Source of the DNA: Alphaproteobacteria bacterium
GTDB taxonomy: Bacteria > Pseudomonadota > Alphaproteobacteria > GCA-2731375
Direction: 5' to 3'
Assembly (NCBI GenBank): GCA_965225945.1
Contig: CBDDBZ010000034.1
Span: 320,001 to 384,000 of the forward strand
DNA: 64,000 bases
In this document: one piece after another, positions 43,475-51,871 of the stretch
Layout: each line of letters begins with the position of its first letter
Numbering within the stretch: the stretch's first letter is position 1
The notes under the pieces: model-generated
The model's input: only the letters and a program-made list of their open reading frames with translations
The model's database searches: none
What the model was told of the DNA's origin: nothing
Made by a program: the position numbers and the translations under genes

Positions 43475-44608
43475 ATGAAATCCATCAACATTGCTATTGC
43501 AGGAGTTGGTAACTGTGCTAGTTCTTTGATTCAAGGCGTTGATTACTACAGAAATGAGACCTTGCAGAAAACCGCCGGGATCATGCATCCCGACATCGGT
43601 GGCTATGGTCCGTGCGACATCACCTTTGTCGCCGCCTTCGACATCGACCGGCGCAAGGTGGGCCGTCCGTTGGAGGAGGCCATCTTCGCGCCGCCGAACC
43701 GCGCCCTGGTCTTTCAACGCGCCATCACCCCGACCCATGTCGTGGTCCAGAAGGGGCCGGTGCTGGACGGCTTGGCCGACCACATGGCGGACTATGGGGA
43801 CGACGAGGCCTTCCGCCTCTCCGACGCGCCCGAGGTCGAGGTGACCGAGGCGCTGCGGCGCTCCGGCGCCGAGGTCTTGGTCTGCTATCTTCCCGTCGGC
43901 TCCGAGCTGGCGGTCCGTCATTATGCCCGGGCTTGCCTGGAGGCCGGCGTCGCGATGGTCAACTGCGTGCCCGTCTTCATCGCATCGGACCCCAACTGGG
44001 CCGAGAAATTCCGGGCCGCCGGGCTGCCGATCGTGGGCGACGACATCAAGAGCCAGGTCGGCGCCACGATCGTCCACCGCAACCTGGCCCGGCTCTTCAA
44101 CGACCGCGGCTATTCGCTCGATCGCACCTATCAGCTCAATACCGGCGGCAACACCGACTTCCTCAACATGCTGGCCCTGGATCGGCTGAAGTCGAAGAAG
44201 CTGTCGAAGACCAACTCGGTGCAGTCGCAGCTCGACGTGCCGTTGGAAGCGCGGCAGATCCACATCGGCCCCTCCGACTACGTGCCCTGGCAAGGCGACA
44301 ACAAGGTAGCCTTCATTCGCATGGAGGGCCGTGGCTTCGGCGGCGCCGCAATCGAGCTCGAACTGCGCCTCTCGGTGCAGGATTCGCCGAATAGCGCCGG
44401 CGTCGTCATCAATGCCGTCCGCTGCGCCAAGCTGGCGCTGGAACGGGGTCTCGCCGGACCGCTCGAAGCGGCTTGCGCCTACTACATGAAGACGCCGCCC
44501 CGGCAAATGCGGGACGACGAGGCGCGAGAGAGGTGCGAGGTCTTCATCCGGGGCGGAGAGACTGGCGCCGGAGATCTCGCCACGCTCCGGCGCGCCCCCG
44601 CCGGCTAG
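43475..44608 (+). CDS. ino1: myo-Inositol-1-phosphate synthase
   Basis: GVGNCASSL.QG, YLPVGS, GDDIKSQVGAT, QLN.GGNTDFLNM, SKT.SV, DSPNSAG. Confidence 0.95.
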   Translation: MKSINIAIAGVGNCASSLIQGVDYYRNETLQKTAGIMHPDIGGYGPCDITFVAAFDIDRRKVGRPLEEAIFAPPNRALVFQRAITPTHVVVQKGPVLDGLADHMADYGDDEAFRLSDAPEVEVTEALRRSGAEVLVCYLPVGSELAVRHYARACLEAGVAMVNCVPVFIASDPNWAEKFRAAGLPIVGDDIKSQVGATIVHRNLARLFNDRGYSLDRTYQLNTGGNTDFLNMLALDRLKSKKLSKTNSVQSQLDVPLEARQIHIGPSDYVPWQGDNKVAFIRMEGRGFGGAAIELELRLSVQDSPNSAGVVINAVRCAKLALERGLAGPLEAACAYYMKTPPRQMRDDEARERCEVFIRGGETGAGDLATLRRAPAG

Positions 44609-44611
44609 ACC

Positions 44612-45484
44612 ATGGCGCCGGCGGCCACGAGCGCTCGAGGCGACCAGGCTGGGGGCAGGCGCTCCCCGCCGGCCGCCGCCCGCTGGCCCGAGCGCTTGCG
44701 TGGGCTTCACGCCGCCGTCGGGCGCGCGGTGGCGTCGATGTCCGGCGTCGATCTCGGGCGGCGAAATGCCAAGGGTGATGAGGTCAAGGACTTCGATCTC
44801 GCGGCCGAAGGAGCGATCGTCGAATTTCTCGAGTCGGTGGCGGTTCCTCTCGTCCTGGAGACGGAAGAGGGGCCGGGGCGCACACTCGGCGGCGAGGCGC
44901 CCGAATGGCGTCTGATCGCCGATCCCGTCGACGGCTCCGACAATCGGGCGAGAGGACTGCCTTTGAGCGCCTTTTCCTGCGCCGTGCTTCCCGCCGGCGC
45001 GGCGCTCCGGCCCGAGGAGGTCGTGGCCGCCATTGTGGGACCGATGGAGGGTGAAGACGCCTGGGTCGCGACCGCCGGCGGCGGTGCCTGGCACGGCTCG
45101 GCGCGGATCGCGACGTCCGGCGTCGCCGAACTCGGCGAGGCGATGATCTCGGTCGAGTTGAACCATTGTCGTCCCTCGCCTGCGCTCGGCCGGATCATGG
45201 GGCTGGCGCGGGGCGTGCGCAGCTACGGCTGCGCCTCCCGGGCTCTGGCGCTGGTCGCCGTCGGCGCAATCGACGCGCACATCGATATACGCCGCCGCCT
45301 CACGATCGAAAGCTGGCTCGCCGGCGCTTTTCTGGTTGGGCAAGCCGGCGGCTGCCTCGTCGGTCCCGACGGTGGCCCCATCCCGGCGCCGGCAAGCCTG
45401 CTAGAGCGACGTTCCTTGATCGCCGCTGCGACGCCGGAGCTCTGCCGTGACATCGTAGCCGAGCTCGCAAGTCATGAAGACTGA
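44612..45484 (+). CDS. Inositol monophosphatase family protein (divergent)
   Basis: D..AE, TEE, DPVDGS.N, G...Q.GG; 3 nt after ino1. Confidence 0.85.
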   Translation: MAPAATSARGDQAGGRRSPPAAARWPERLRGLHAAVGRAVASMSGVDLGRRNAKGDEVKDFDLAAEGAIVEFLESVAVPLVLETEEGPGRTLGGEAPEWRLIADPVDGSDNRARGLPLSAFSCAVLPAGAALRPEEVVAAIVGPMEGEDAWVATAGGGAWHGSARIATSGVAELGEAMISVELNHCRPSPALGRIMGLARGVRSYGCASRALALVAVGAIDAHIDIRRRLTIESWLAGAFLVGQAGGCLVGPDGGPIPAPASLLERRSLIAAATPELCRDIVAELASHED

Positions 45485-46838
45485 CGCCCGTGCCGCTCGA
45501 CCCGAGCTCGCCGTCGTTCTTGCCGCCGGTGCCGGAACCAGGCTTTCGTCACGGACGCCGACGTCGAAGCCGATGACGCCATTGCTTGGCCTGTCGTTGG
45601 CCGAACGTAGCTTGACGACCTTCAGCAACGACCTCGCCATACGGCGTTTTCTCGTCGTTCTGGGACACGACGCGAAGCGGGTACGCGAGCACTTCGAGCA
45701 GATCGCCCGTCGACGAGATCTCGAGGTCGCCTATGTCGAGGCCGCCGAGTGGCGAGCCGGCAATGGCGCGAGCACGCTGGCTAGCCGTGGGGCTATCTCG
45801 GACGACATCTTCTATCTTGCGATGGTCGACCATGTCTTCGATCACGAGATCGGCCGCCGACTTTGCCGAGCGCCGCCCCCCGTGGGCGCCATCGCCTTGG
45901 CCGTGGATCGTGACAAAGGAGGCGTCCACGATTTGGACGACGCCACCCGCGTCCGTCTCGATGGTTTGAGGATCACCGCGATCGGCAAGCAGCTGGAGAA
46001 CTGGGACGCGGTCGATACGGGTGTCTTTCTGTGCACTTCAGGTCTTTTCGAAGGGCTCGAGCGGGCCCGTGCCCAGGGCGCGCACGGGCTGTCCGCCGGC
46101 ATCACGGAGCTGAGCCGCGCGGGTCGTGCGGACGCCGTCGATGTGACCGGCTGTTCCTGGCTCGACGTGGACACGCCCGAGGCGCTTGGATTGGCGGAGG
46201 CGAGGATGCTGCGCGCCGCGGCAACCAAGCCGAGCGACGGTCCTGTCGCCGGCACCCTCAATCGGCCGGCGTCGCGCTTTCTGACCCGCTACCTCGTCAG
46301 GACCTCACTCACGCCCAACCAGATTTCGTTGCTGTCGATGGTGTTGTCCTGTCTCGCCGCGCTCGCCTTCGCGATGGGCGGCTATGCGGCCTTGGCCTTA
46401 GGTGGCATCGTGGCGCAGATCGCCTCGATCGTCGACGGCTGCGACGGCGAGGTGGCGCGGTTGAAGCGGATGAACAGCGAATTCGGTGGCTGGTTCGATA
46501 CGGTTCTCGATCGCTATGGCGATGCCTTCCTTCTCTTCGGCCTGACCTGGCACGTCTATCTTCGCGACGCCAGCCATGCGGCACTCGCCCTCGGCTTCGC
46601 CGCGATCATCGGTTCTTTCATGAACAGCTATACCGCGCAGCGCTATGACGCCCTGATGATGGCCCGGAACGGGGGGGGCTTTCGGTTTCGTCTCGGACGC
46701 GACGTTCGCGTCTTCCTCATCTTCCTCGGTGCGATCGCGAATCTGCCCTTGGCCACGCTGGTGATCGTCGCGGTCGTCATGAATCTGGAGGTGATGCGAC
46801 GAATCTACGTCCTGTCCCGCGAATCGCCCCTGGCCTGA
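45474..46838 (+). CDS. Bifunctional inositol-1-phosphate cytidylyltransferase / CDP-alcohol phosphotransferase (IPCT/DIPPS)
   Basis: LAAG.GTRL..KP, GNG.S, M.DH, DTGVF, WLDVDTPE; then DGPV...NRP.S, TPNQIS, DGCDGEVAR...G.WFD.VLDRY.D, RDVR. Confidence 0.9.
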   Translation: MKTDARAARPELAVVLAAGAGTRLSSRTPTSKPMTPLLGLSLAERSLTTFSNDLAIRRFLVVLGHDAKRVREHFEQIARRRDLEVAYVEAAEWRAGNGASTLASRGAISDDIFYLAMVDHVFDHEIGRRLCRAPPPVGAIALAVDRDKGGVHDLDDATRVRLDGLRITAIGKQLENWDAVDTGVFLCTSGLFEGLERARAQGAHGLSAGITELSRAGRADAVDVTGCSWLDVDTPEALGLAEARMLRAAATKPSDGPVAGTLNRPASRFLTRYLVRTSLTPNQISLLSMVLSCLAALAFAMGGYAALALGGIVAQIASIVDGCDGEVARLKRMNSEFGGWFDTVLDRYGDAFLLFGLTWHVYLRDASHAALALGFAAIIGSFMNSYTAQRYDALMMARNGGGFRFRLGRDVRVFLIFLGAIANLPLATLVIVAVVMNLEVMRRIYVLSRESPLA

Positions 46839-46998
46839 AGCGATTCAGGAGTCGGATCGAGCCTCGTCGCTTCCCCAGGGCTTCCCCAGGCCATTTCCAT
46901 TCCGAAACAGCGTCCGCGATGAGCGCCCGGAGGCGGGAAGGCAAGTGCCATTCCTCTTCGACCTCCATTGGTGCTACATTCGGCGTGAGCGGCTGGCC

Positions 46999-47202
46999 AT
47001 GGTCATGACGGGACCAACCGGAGGGAACAGCGCGTTGGCGGACACAGGGCGTAATTTGCAGAGTTTGCTGCTCCGCCTTCTCTGTCGGCTCGGAATCCAC
47101 GATTTCAAGACCATCGATATCACGTTCGGATTTGGCGCCGGCGGCAGCGTCGAAACGGTGGAATGCCAGCGCTGCGGCTTGAAGGCGATTGGGCGTAATT
47201 GA
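46999..47202 (+). CDS. Small putative Zn-binding protein
   Basis: LLCRLGIHDF...ECQRCG (C-x4-H...CxxC); start uncertain. Confidence 0.5.
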   Translation: MVMTGPTGGNSALADTGRNLQSLLLRLLCRLGIHDFKTIDITFGFGAGGSVETVECQRCGLKAIGRN

Positions 47203-47286
47203 CTCGGTGGGACGCCGCTCGGCGTGAGCGCTGAAGTTCGGCGTGAGAGCTGAAGTAATGAGTCGCCTTCGGGCCGTCCCGTTCGC

Positions 47287-48147
47287 TCAAATCGTCGGGC
47301 CGGTACCGGCGACGGTGGTGCGGAGCATCCGGCGCTTGTGGCGGGTCTCGTCGAAGCCGATGCCGCGGTGCAGCGCCGCCCGGTTGTCCCAGAGCACCAG
47401 GTCGCCGACCTTCCATTGGTGGCGGTAGGCGAAGCAGGCTTGCGTCGCGTGCGCGATCAGGCCGTCGATCAATTCGCGGCCTTCGTCCCAGCCCATGCCC
47501 TCGATCTCCCGGGTGTGGGCGCCGGCATAGATCGTCTTGCGGCCGGTCTCCTCGTGCACCCGGATCAGCGGGTGGCGGACCGGCGGCAGGGCCGCCCGTT
47601 CCTCCGACGTCAAGGCGGTCTCGTCGATGTCGCGACGCGACCAGTAGAAATCGTGCACGCCGACCCGCCCCTCAACCATTTCCTTGGTCTCCTCGGGGAG
47701 TGCGTCGTAAGCCCGGACCATGGTGGCGAACTCGGTATCGCCGCCTTCCTCGGGCACGATGCGCGCATGCAGCAGCGAGGCCATCGCCGGCACTCGCTTG
47801 AAGGAGCTGTCGGAGTGCCAGCGCTGATTGTCCTTGTTGAGCTGCGCCACCGGGTGGTCCGGCGCCATGAACTCACCATTTTCGTCGATATTGGTGGCGG
47901 CATAGAGCTCCGGCCGGCCCTTCACTTGGAGCGCCGACATGTTGATCAGCTCCAGCTCGCCGATCCGCTGGCTGAAGGCGACCTGAGAATCGTCGTCGAT
48001 CTCCTGCTCGGGGAAGACGGCGATGACGTGGTCGAGCCAGGCGCGGCGCACCTCGGCCATGGTCTCGTCGTCGATCGGGCCGGCGAGATCGAGGCCGGTG
48101 ATCTCGACGCCGATGGCGGGGGTCAGGGGGCGGGTGGTGATGGTCAT
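47287..48147 (-). CDS. TauD/TfdA family 2-oxoglutarate-dependent dioxygenase
   Basis: WHSDSSF, GGDTEF, HPL.R.H, WDNR..LH, R...RTT. Confidence 0.93.
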   Translation of the reverse strand: MTITTRPLTPAIGVEITGLDLAGPIDDETMAEVRRAWLDHVIAVFPEQEIDDDSQVAFSQRIGELELINMSALQVKGRPELYAATNIDENGEFMAPDHPVAQLNKDNQRWHSDSSFKRVPAMASLLHARIVPEEGGDTEFATMVRAYDALPEETKEMVEGRVGVHDFYWSRRDIDETALTSEERAALPPVRHPLIRVHEETGRKTIYAGAHTREIEGMGWDEGRELIDGLIAHATQACFAYRHQWKVGDLVLWDNRAALHRGIGFDETRHKRRMLRTTVAGTGPTI

Positions 48148-48276
48148 GGCTTCGCTCCGGCGTGAGGTGGCGAATTCTAACATGCATTCGGCGGTGGCGT
48201 CGAAGGGCGGCGCGAGTTAGCATGGGAGCAATTCGAGGGCGCCCCGGCCGGGCGGGGCGTCGGGGAGGGACGCGAG

Positions 48277-49449
48277 ATGATCAGCAGTTTTTCGACGCTC
48301 TTCGCCGGTCACGTCGACTTGGGCGACATGGGCCGCGAGGCGACGCCGGCCAACGATCGGCGTTATTCGGGCGAGCATCTGAACACGATTTACGAGAAGA
48401 CCGAGGCGATCGCCAAGTGCCTCGACGAGAACGGTTACGATATCTTCTGGCTGGCCGAGCACCACTTCCAACACGAAGGCTACGAGTGCATTCCCAACCT
48501 GTTGATGATGGGCCTGCACTTGACGCACTTGACCGACAACATCCGCATCGGCTGCGGTTTCAACATCACGCCGATGTGGCACCCCCTGCGCCTGGCGGAG
48601 GATTACGCCACCGTCGACATCCTGACCAAGGGCCGGGTGGTCTTCGGCGTCGGCCGGGGCTATCACACCCGTGAGGTGGAGACGCTGGGCGGCCCGCTGT
48701 TGGACGCCGAGGCCAACCGGGAGATCTTCGAGGAGCAGGTGGAGATCCTGTTCAAGGCCTTCGACAACGAGTCCTTTTCCCACCAGGGCAAGTACTTCAC
48801 CTTGCCGCCGGAGGTGCCCTATCGCGGCTACGACCTGAAGGAGCTGAGCCTGGTGCCCCGGCCGGTGAACCTGCCCGTCGAATGCTGGCAGCCGGTGGTC
48901 AGCGCCACCGAGCGCGGCCTCGACTTCATGGTCAAGCACGGCATAAAGGGGCTCGTCGGCGGCGGCTCGGCATTGCTGGCGGAGCGGCCGATCGTCGCCT
49001 ACCAGGAGGCCTGGAAGCGCGCAGGCGTCGAAAAGAGGCTCGGCGAAGGCCTCGCGCTCGGCGTCTCCTTCCACCTGGCGCCGACGGCCGAGCAGGCGAT
49101 GCGCGAGGCCAGACCCTATTTCGAGGAGCATGCGAAGATGTTCGGCCCGCTCGGCTTCATCGGCCCGCTGAGCGACGAGCAGCTCGCCGCGCTGGCCGGC
49201 CGGGAGGGCTGGGTCGAGGCCGGCGTGCCGACGCTCGAGCGCGCGGTCGAGGCCGGTTCGTGGTACTGCGGCCCGCCGCAAGGCTTCGTCGAATTCCTGC
49301 AGGGCCTGGAGGAGCGCTATCCGGGGACCGAGGCGGTCAACGTCAACAACGCCGTGGGCACCCCGCAAGCGGTGATGCTCGAGCAGTTGGAGTGGTTCGC
49401 CCGCGACGTCATGCCCGCCTTCCGCGGTCGTCGCGAAGCCGCCGAATAA
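48277..49449 (+). CDS. LLM class flavin-dependent oxidoreductase
   Basis: WLAEHHF, WHPLRLAED.A..D.L..GR..FGVGRGY. Confidence 0.92.
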   Translation: MISSFSTLFAGHVDLGDMGREATPANDRRYSGEHLNTIYEKTEAIAKCLDENGYDIFWLAEHHFQHEGYECIPNLLMMGLHLTHLTDNIRIGCGFNITPMWHPLRLAEDYATVDILTKGRVVFGVGRGYHTREVETLGGPLLDAEANREIFEEQVEILFKAFDNESFSHQGKYFTLPPEVPYRGYDLKELSLVPRPVNLPVECWQPVVSATERGLDFMVKHGIKGLVGGGSALLAERPIVAYQEAWKRAGVEKRLGEGLALGVSFHLAPTAEQAMREARPYFEEHAKMFGPLGFIGPLSDEQLAALAGREGWVEAGVPTLERAVEAGSWYCGPPQGFVEFLQGLEERYPGTEAVNVNNAVGTPQAVMLEQLEWFARDVMPAFRGRREAAE

Positions 49450-49582
49450 TCAAACCCGAATAAAGCTACCGAGGCGAAGCCGAGGGACATTTTCACGATC
49501 GACGAAGTCGCCGATGGCGCGCACCTTGCGCTCTTCGCCGACGGGGAAGGGAATCGGTATTGTCGCCCGTGGCTCGGCCGGC

Positions 49583-49858
49583 TCAGGTGCCCGGCATGAC
49601 CGGCATTTCCTGCAACGCATCGGGTCGCGCCTGGTCGACCGGCCGGATGCGTTTGACCAAGCCCTTGGCGATGATTTCGATCGTGCCGTCGCCATGCTCG
49701 AAGGCCACGTAGTTTCGCTGGTCGTTCATCATGTCGATGACGCGCTCGTTCGGATTGAGGAACAAGTGGCCGTTGACCGCCCCATCCTCGGTGACGATCT
49801 CGACGGCGACCCGCCGCTTCGGCTTCTGCTCGCCACCGTAGCCTTGATATATCGCCAT
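49583..49858 (-). CDS. Hypothetical protein (91 aa)
   Basis: Plausible composition (VAVEIVT..G...GHLFL....RV.D.MND); family not recognised. Confidence 0.6.
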   Translation of the reverse strand: MAIYQGYGGEQKPKRRVAVEIVTEDGAVNGHLFLNPNERVIDMMNDQRNYVAFEHGDGTIEIIAKGLVKRIRPVDQARPDALQEMPVMPGT

Positions 49859-50013
49859 CTTTGAACGCCATTAACCCGCGGGGCCGAATCACGCCAGCGG
49901 ACGATGCTGCGACCCCATCCACGGCGCGCAAACCATAACACATTCACCGGTCCCGTCTAACGGCTTCGCCCGCGGCTGGTCTCCATGTGACGAACCGTGC
50001 TAGCGTCGGCCTC

Positions 50014-50200
50014 GCCGAGCGTAGGGAAGCCGGTGCGGTCCGCGCGCGCGACTATTATGGACGTCGAGCGGGTCAATTCCGGCGCTGCCCCCGCAACTGT
50101 AGGAAGGAGGGCGCGGCAGAAAGCCACTGGTTCGGGAAGCACGATCCGGGACTGGGAAGGCGCCGCGTCCGACGACTTCGAGCCAGGAGACCTGCTCGGC
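50014..50200 (+). ncRNA. Cobalamin riboswitch
   Basis: AGGGAAGCCGGTG...AATTCCGGCGCTGCCCCCGCAACTGT...AGCCACTG...GGGAAGG...GAGCCAGGAGACCTGC; closing stem gccgagc/gctcggc; directly upstream of the cob operon. Confidence 0.93.
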
Positions 50201-50252
50201 GATCGATGGCCGGCCGGCGGCGTGTGCCGCCCGCCACATCCTCGGAGGGAGG

Positions 50253-50840
50253 ATGCGTCCCGTGACCAGTCCGACCCCCGCGCGAGCGCCGTTGCCGCCG
50301 CTGACCCTGGTCTTGGGCGGTGCCGAATCGGGCAAGAGCGTGCACGCCGAACGGCTCGCCGAGGCGCGTGACGGCCCGCTGCTCTACATCGCCACGGCGG
50401 AGCCGCTCGACGAGGAAATGACCGCGCGGGTCGCCCGCCACCGGGCCCGGCGCGGCCCGCGCTGGCGAACCCGCGAAGTGCCGCTGGCATTGCCCGAGGC
50501 GATTCGCGCGGCGGACGCCGAGACGGCCGCCGTCCTGGTCGACTGCTTGACGCTCTGGCTCGCCAACCTGATGGGCGCCGAACGCGATCCGGCCAGGGAG
50601 GCCGAGGCGCTCGCCGCCGCCCTCGCCCGCACGGCCGCGCCGGTGATCCTGGTTTCGAACGAGGTCGGGCTCGGCATCGTTCCCGAAAACCCGCTCGCCC
50701 GGCGGTTTCGCGAGCATGCCGGCCGGCTTAATCGCGCGTTTGCCGCGGCGGCCGACCGGGTCGACTTTCTCGCCGCCGGCATTCCCCTCGCGCTCAAGTC
50801 CCCGGGCGCGGCCCCCTCGATGGAAAGCAACGCAATATGA
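50253..50840 (+). CDS. cobU: Adenosylcobinamide kinase / cobinamide-phosphate guanylyltransferase
   Basis: GGAESGKS, YIATA, DCLTLW, SNEVG.GIVP. Confidence 0.95.
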   Translation: MRPVTSPTPARAPLPPLTLVLGGAESGKSVHAERLAEARDGPLLYIATAEPLDEEMTARVARHRARRGPRWRTREVPLALPEAIRAADAETAAVLVDCLTLWLANLMGAERDPAREAEALAAALARTAAPVILVSNEVGLGIVPENPLARRFREHAGRLNRAFAAAADRVDFLAAGIPLALKSPGAAPSMESNAI

Positions 50841-51862
50841 GCAAAATTCCCGCCACCGTGATCACCGGCTTCCTGGGCGCCGGCAAGACCAGCATGATCC
50901 GCCGCCTGGCCGAGCAGGCCGACGGCCGCCGGCTCGCCTTCATCATCAACGAATTCGGCGAGATGGGGATCGACGGCGACATCCTGCGCGGCTGCGGCCT
51001 CGAGCAATGCGACGAGGAGAGCGTGGTGGAACTGGCCAACGGCTGCATCTGTTGCACCGTGGCGGACGATTTCCTGCCGACCATCGAGGCCCTGTTGGCC
51101 CGGCCCGAGCCGCCGGACCACATCGTCATCGAGACCTCGGGCCTGGCGCTGCCCAAGCCCCTGATCCGAGCCTTCGCCTGGCCCGAGGTCAGGACCCGGG
51201 TGACGGTCGACGGCGTCATCGCCGTGCTGGACGGCCCGGCGGTGGCCGCCGGCCGCTTCGCCGAGGACCCCGAGGCGGTCGCCCGGGCCCGCGCGGCGGA
51301 CCCGAACCTGGATCACGAAAGCCCGCTGGTCGAGCTCTACGAGGATCAACTCGCCTGCGCCGACCTGGTGGTGATGAACAAGATCGATCTGCTCGATGAG
51401 GCGACCCGAGATCGCGTTCTCGGCGAGGTCAGGCGCGAGCTGCGCGAGGGCGTCGGCCTCGTCCGCGCGGTGCACGGCGCCCTCGACGCCAAGCTGCTGC
51501 TCGGCATCGGCGCACGCGCGGAGGACGGCCTCGACGCCCGGCCCTCGCACCACGACGACGAGGCCGAGCACGACCACGACGATTTCGAGAGCTTCGTCGT
51601 GGCGCTCCCGGAACAGCCCGACCCAGCCGCCCTCGCCGCCCGTCTGGGCACCGTCGCGGCCCGCTTCGGCGTCTTGCGCCTGAAAGGCTTCGCGGCGATC
51701 GCCGCGAAGCCGATGCGCCTCGTCGTGCAAGGCGTCGGCCCCCGGATCCAGCACTATTTCGACCGGCCCTGGGGCGCGGGCGAGGCGCGCGAGGGGCGCC
51801 TGGTTGTTATCGGCGAGAGCGGCCTCGACGCATCTGCGATCAGCGCCGAGATCGTGGGCTAG
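50837..51862 (+). CDS. cobW: Cobalamin biosynthesis GTPase CobW
   Basis: TGFLGAGKT, NGCICCTVADDF, ETSGLALPKPL, His-rich loop. Confidence 0.95.
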   Translation: MSKIPATVITGFLGAGKTSMIRRLAEQADGRRLAFIINEFGEMGIDGDILRGCGLEQCDEESVVELANGCICCTVADDFLPTIEALLARPEPPDHIVIETSGLALPKPLIRAFAWPEVRTRVTVDGVIAVLDGPAVAAGRFAEDPEAVARARAADPNLDHESPLVELYEDQLACADLVVMNKIDLLDEATRDRVLGEVRRELREGVGLVRAVHGALDAKLLLGIGARAEDGLDARPSHHDDEAEHDHDDFESFVVALPEQPDPAALAARLGTVAARFGVLRLKGFAAIAAKPMRLVVQGVGPRIQHYFDRPWGAGEAREGRLVVIGESGLDASAISAEIVG

Positions 51863-51871
51863 GGGCGGCGA

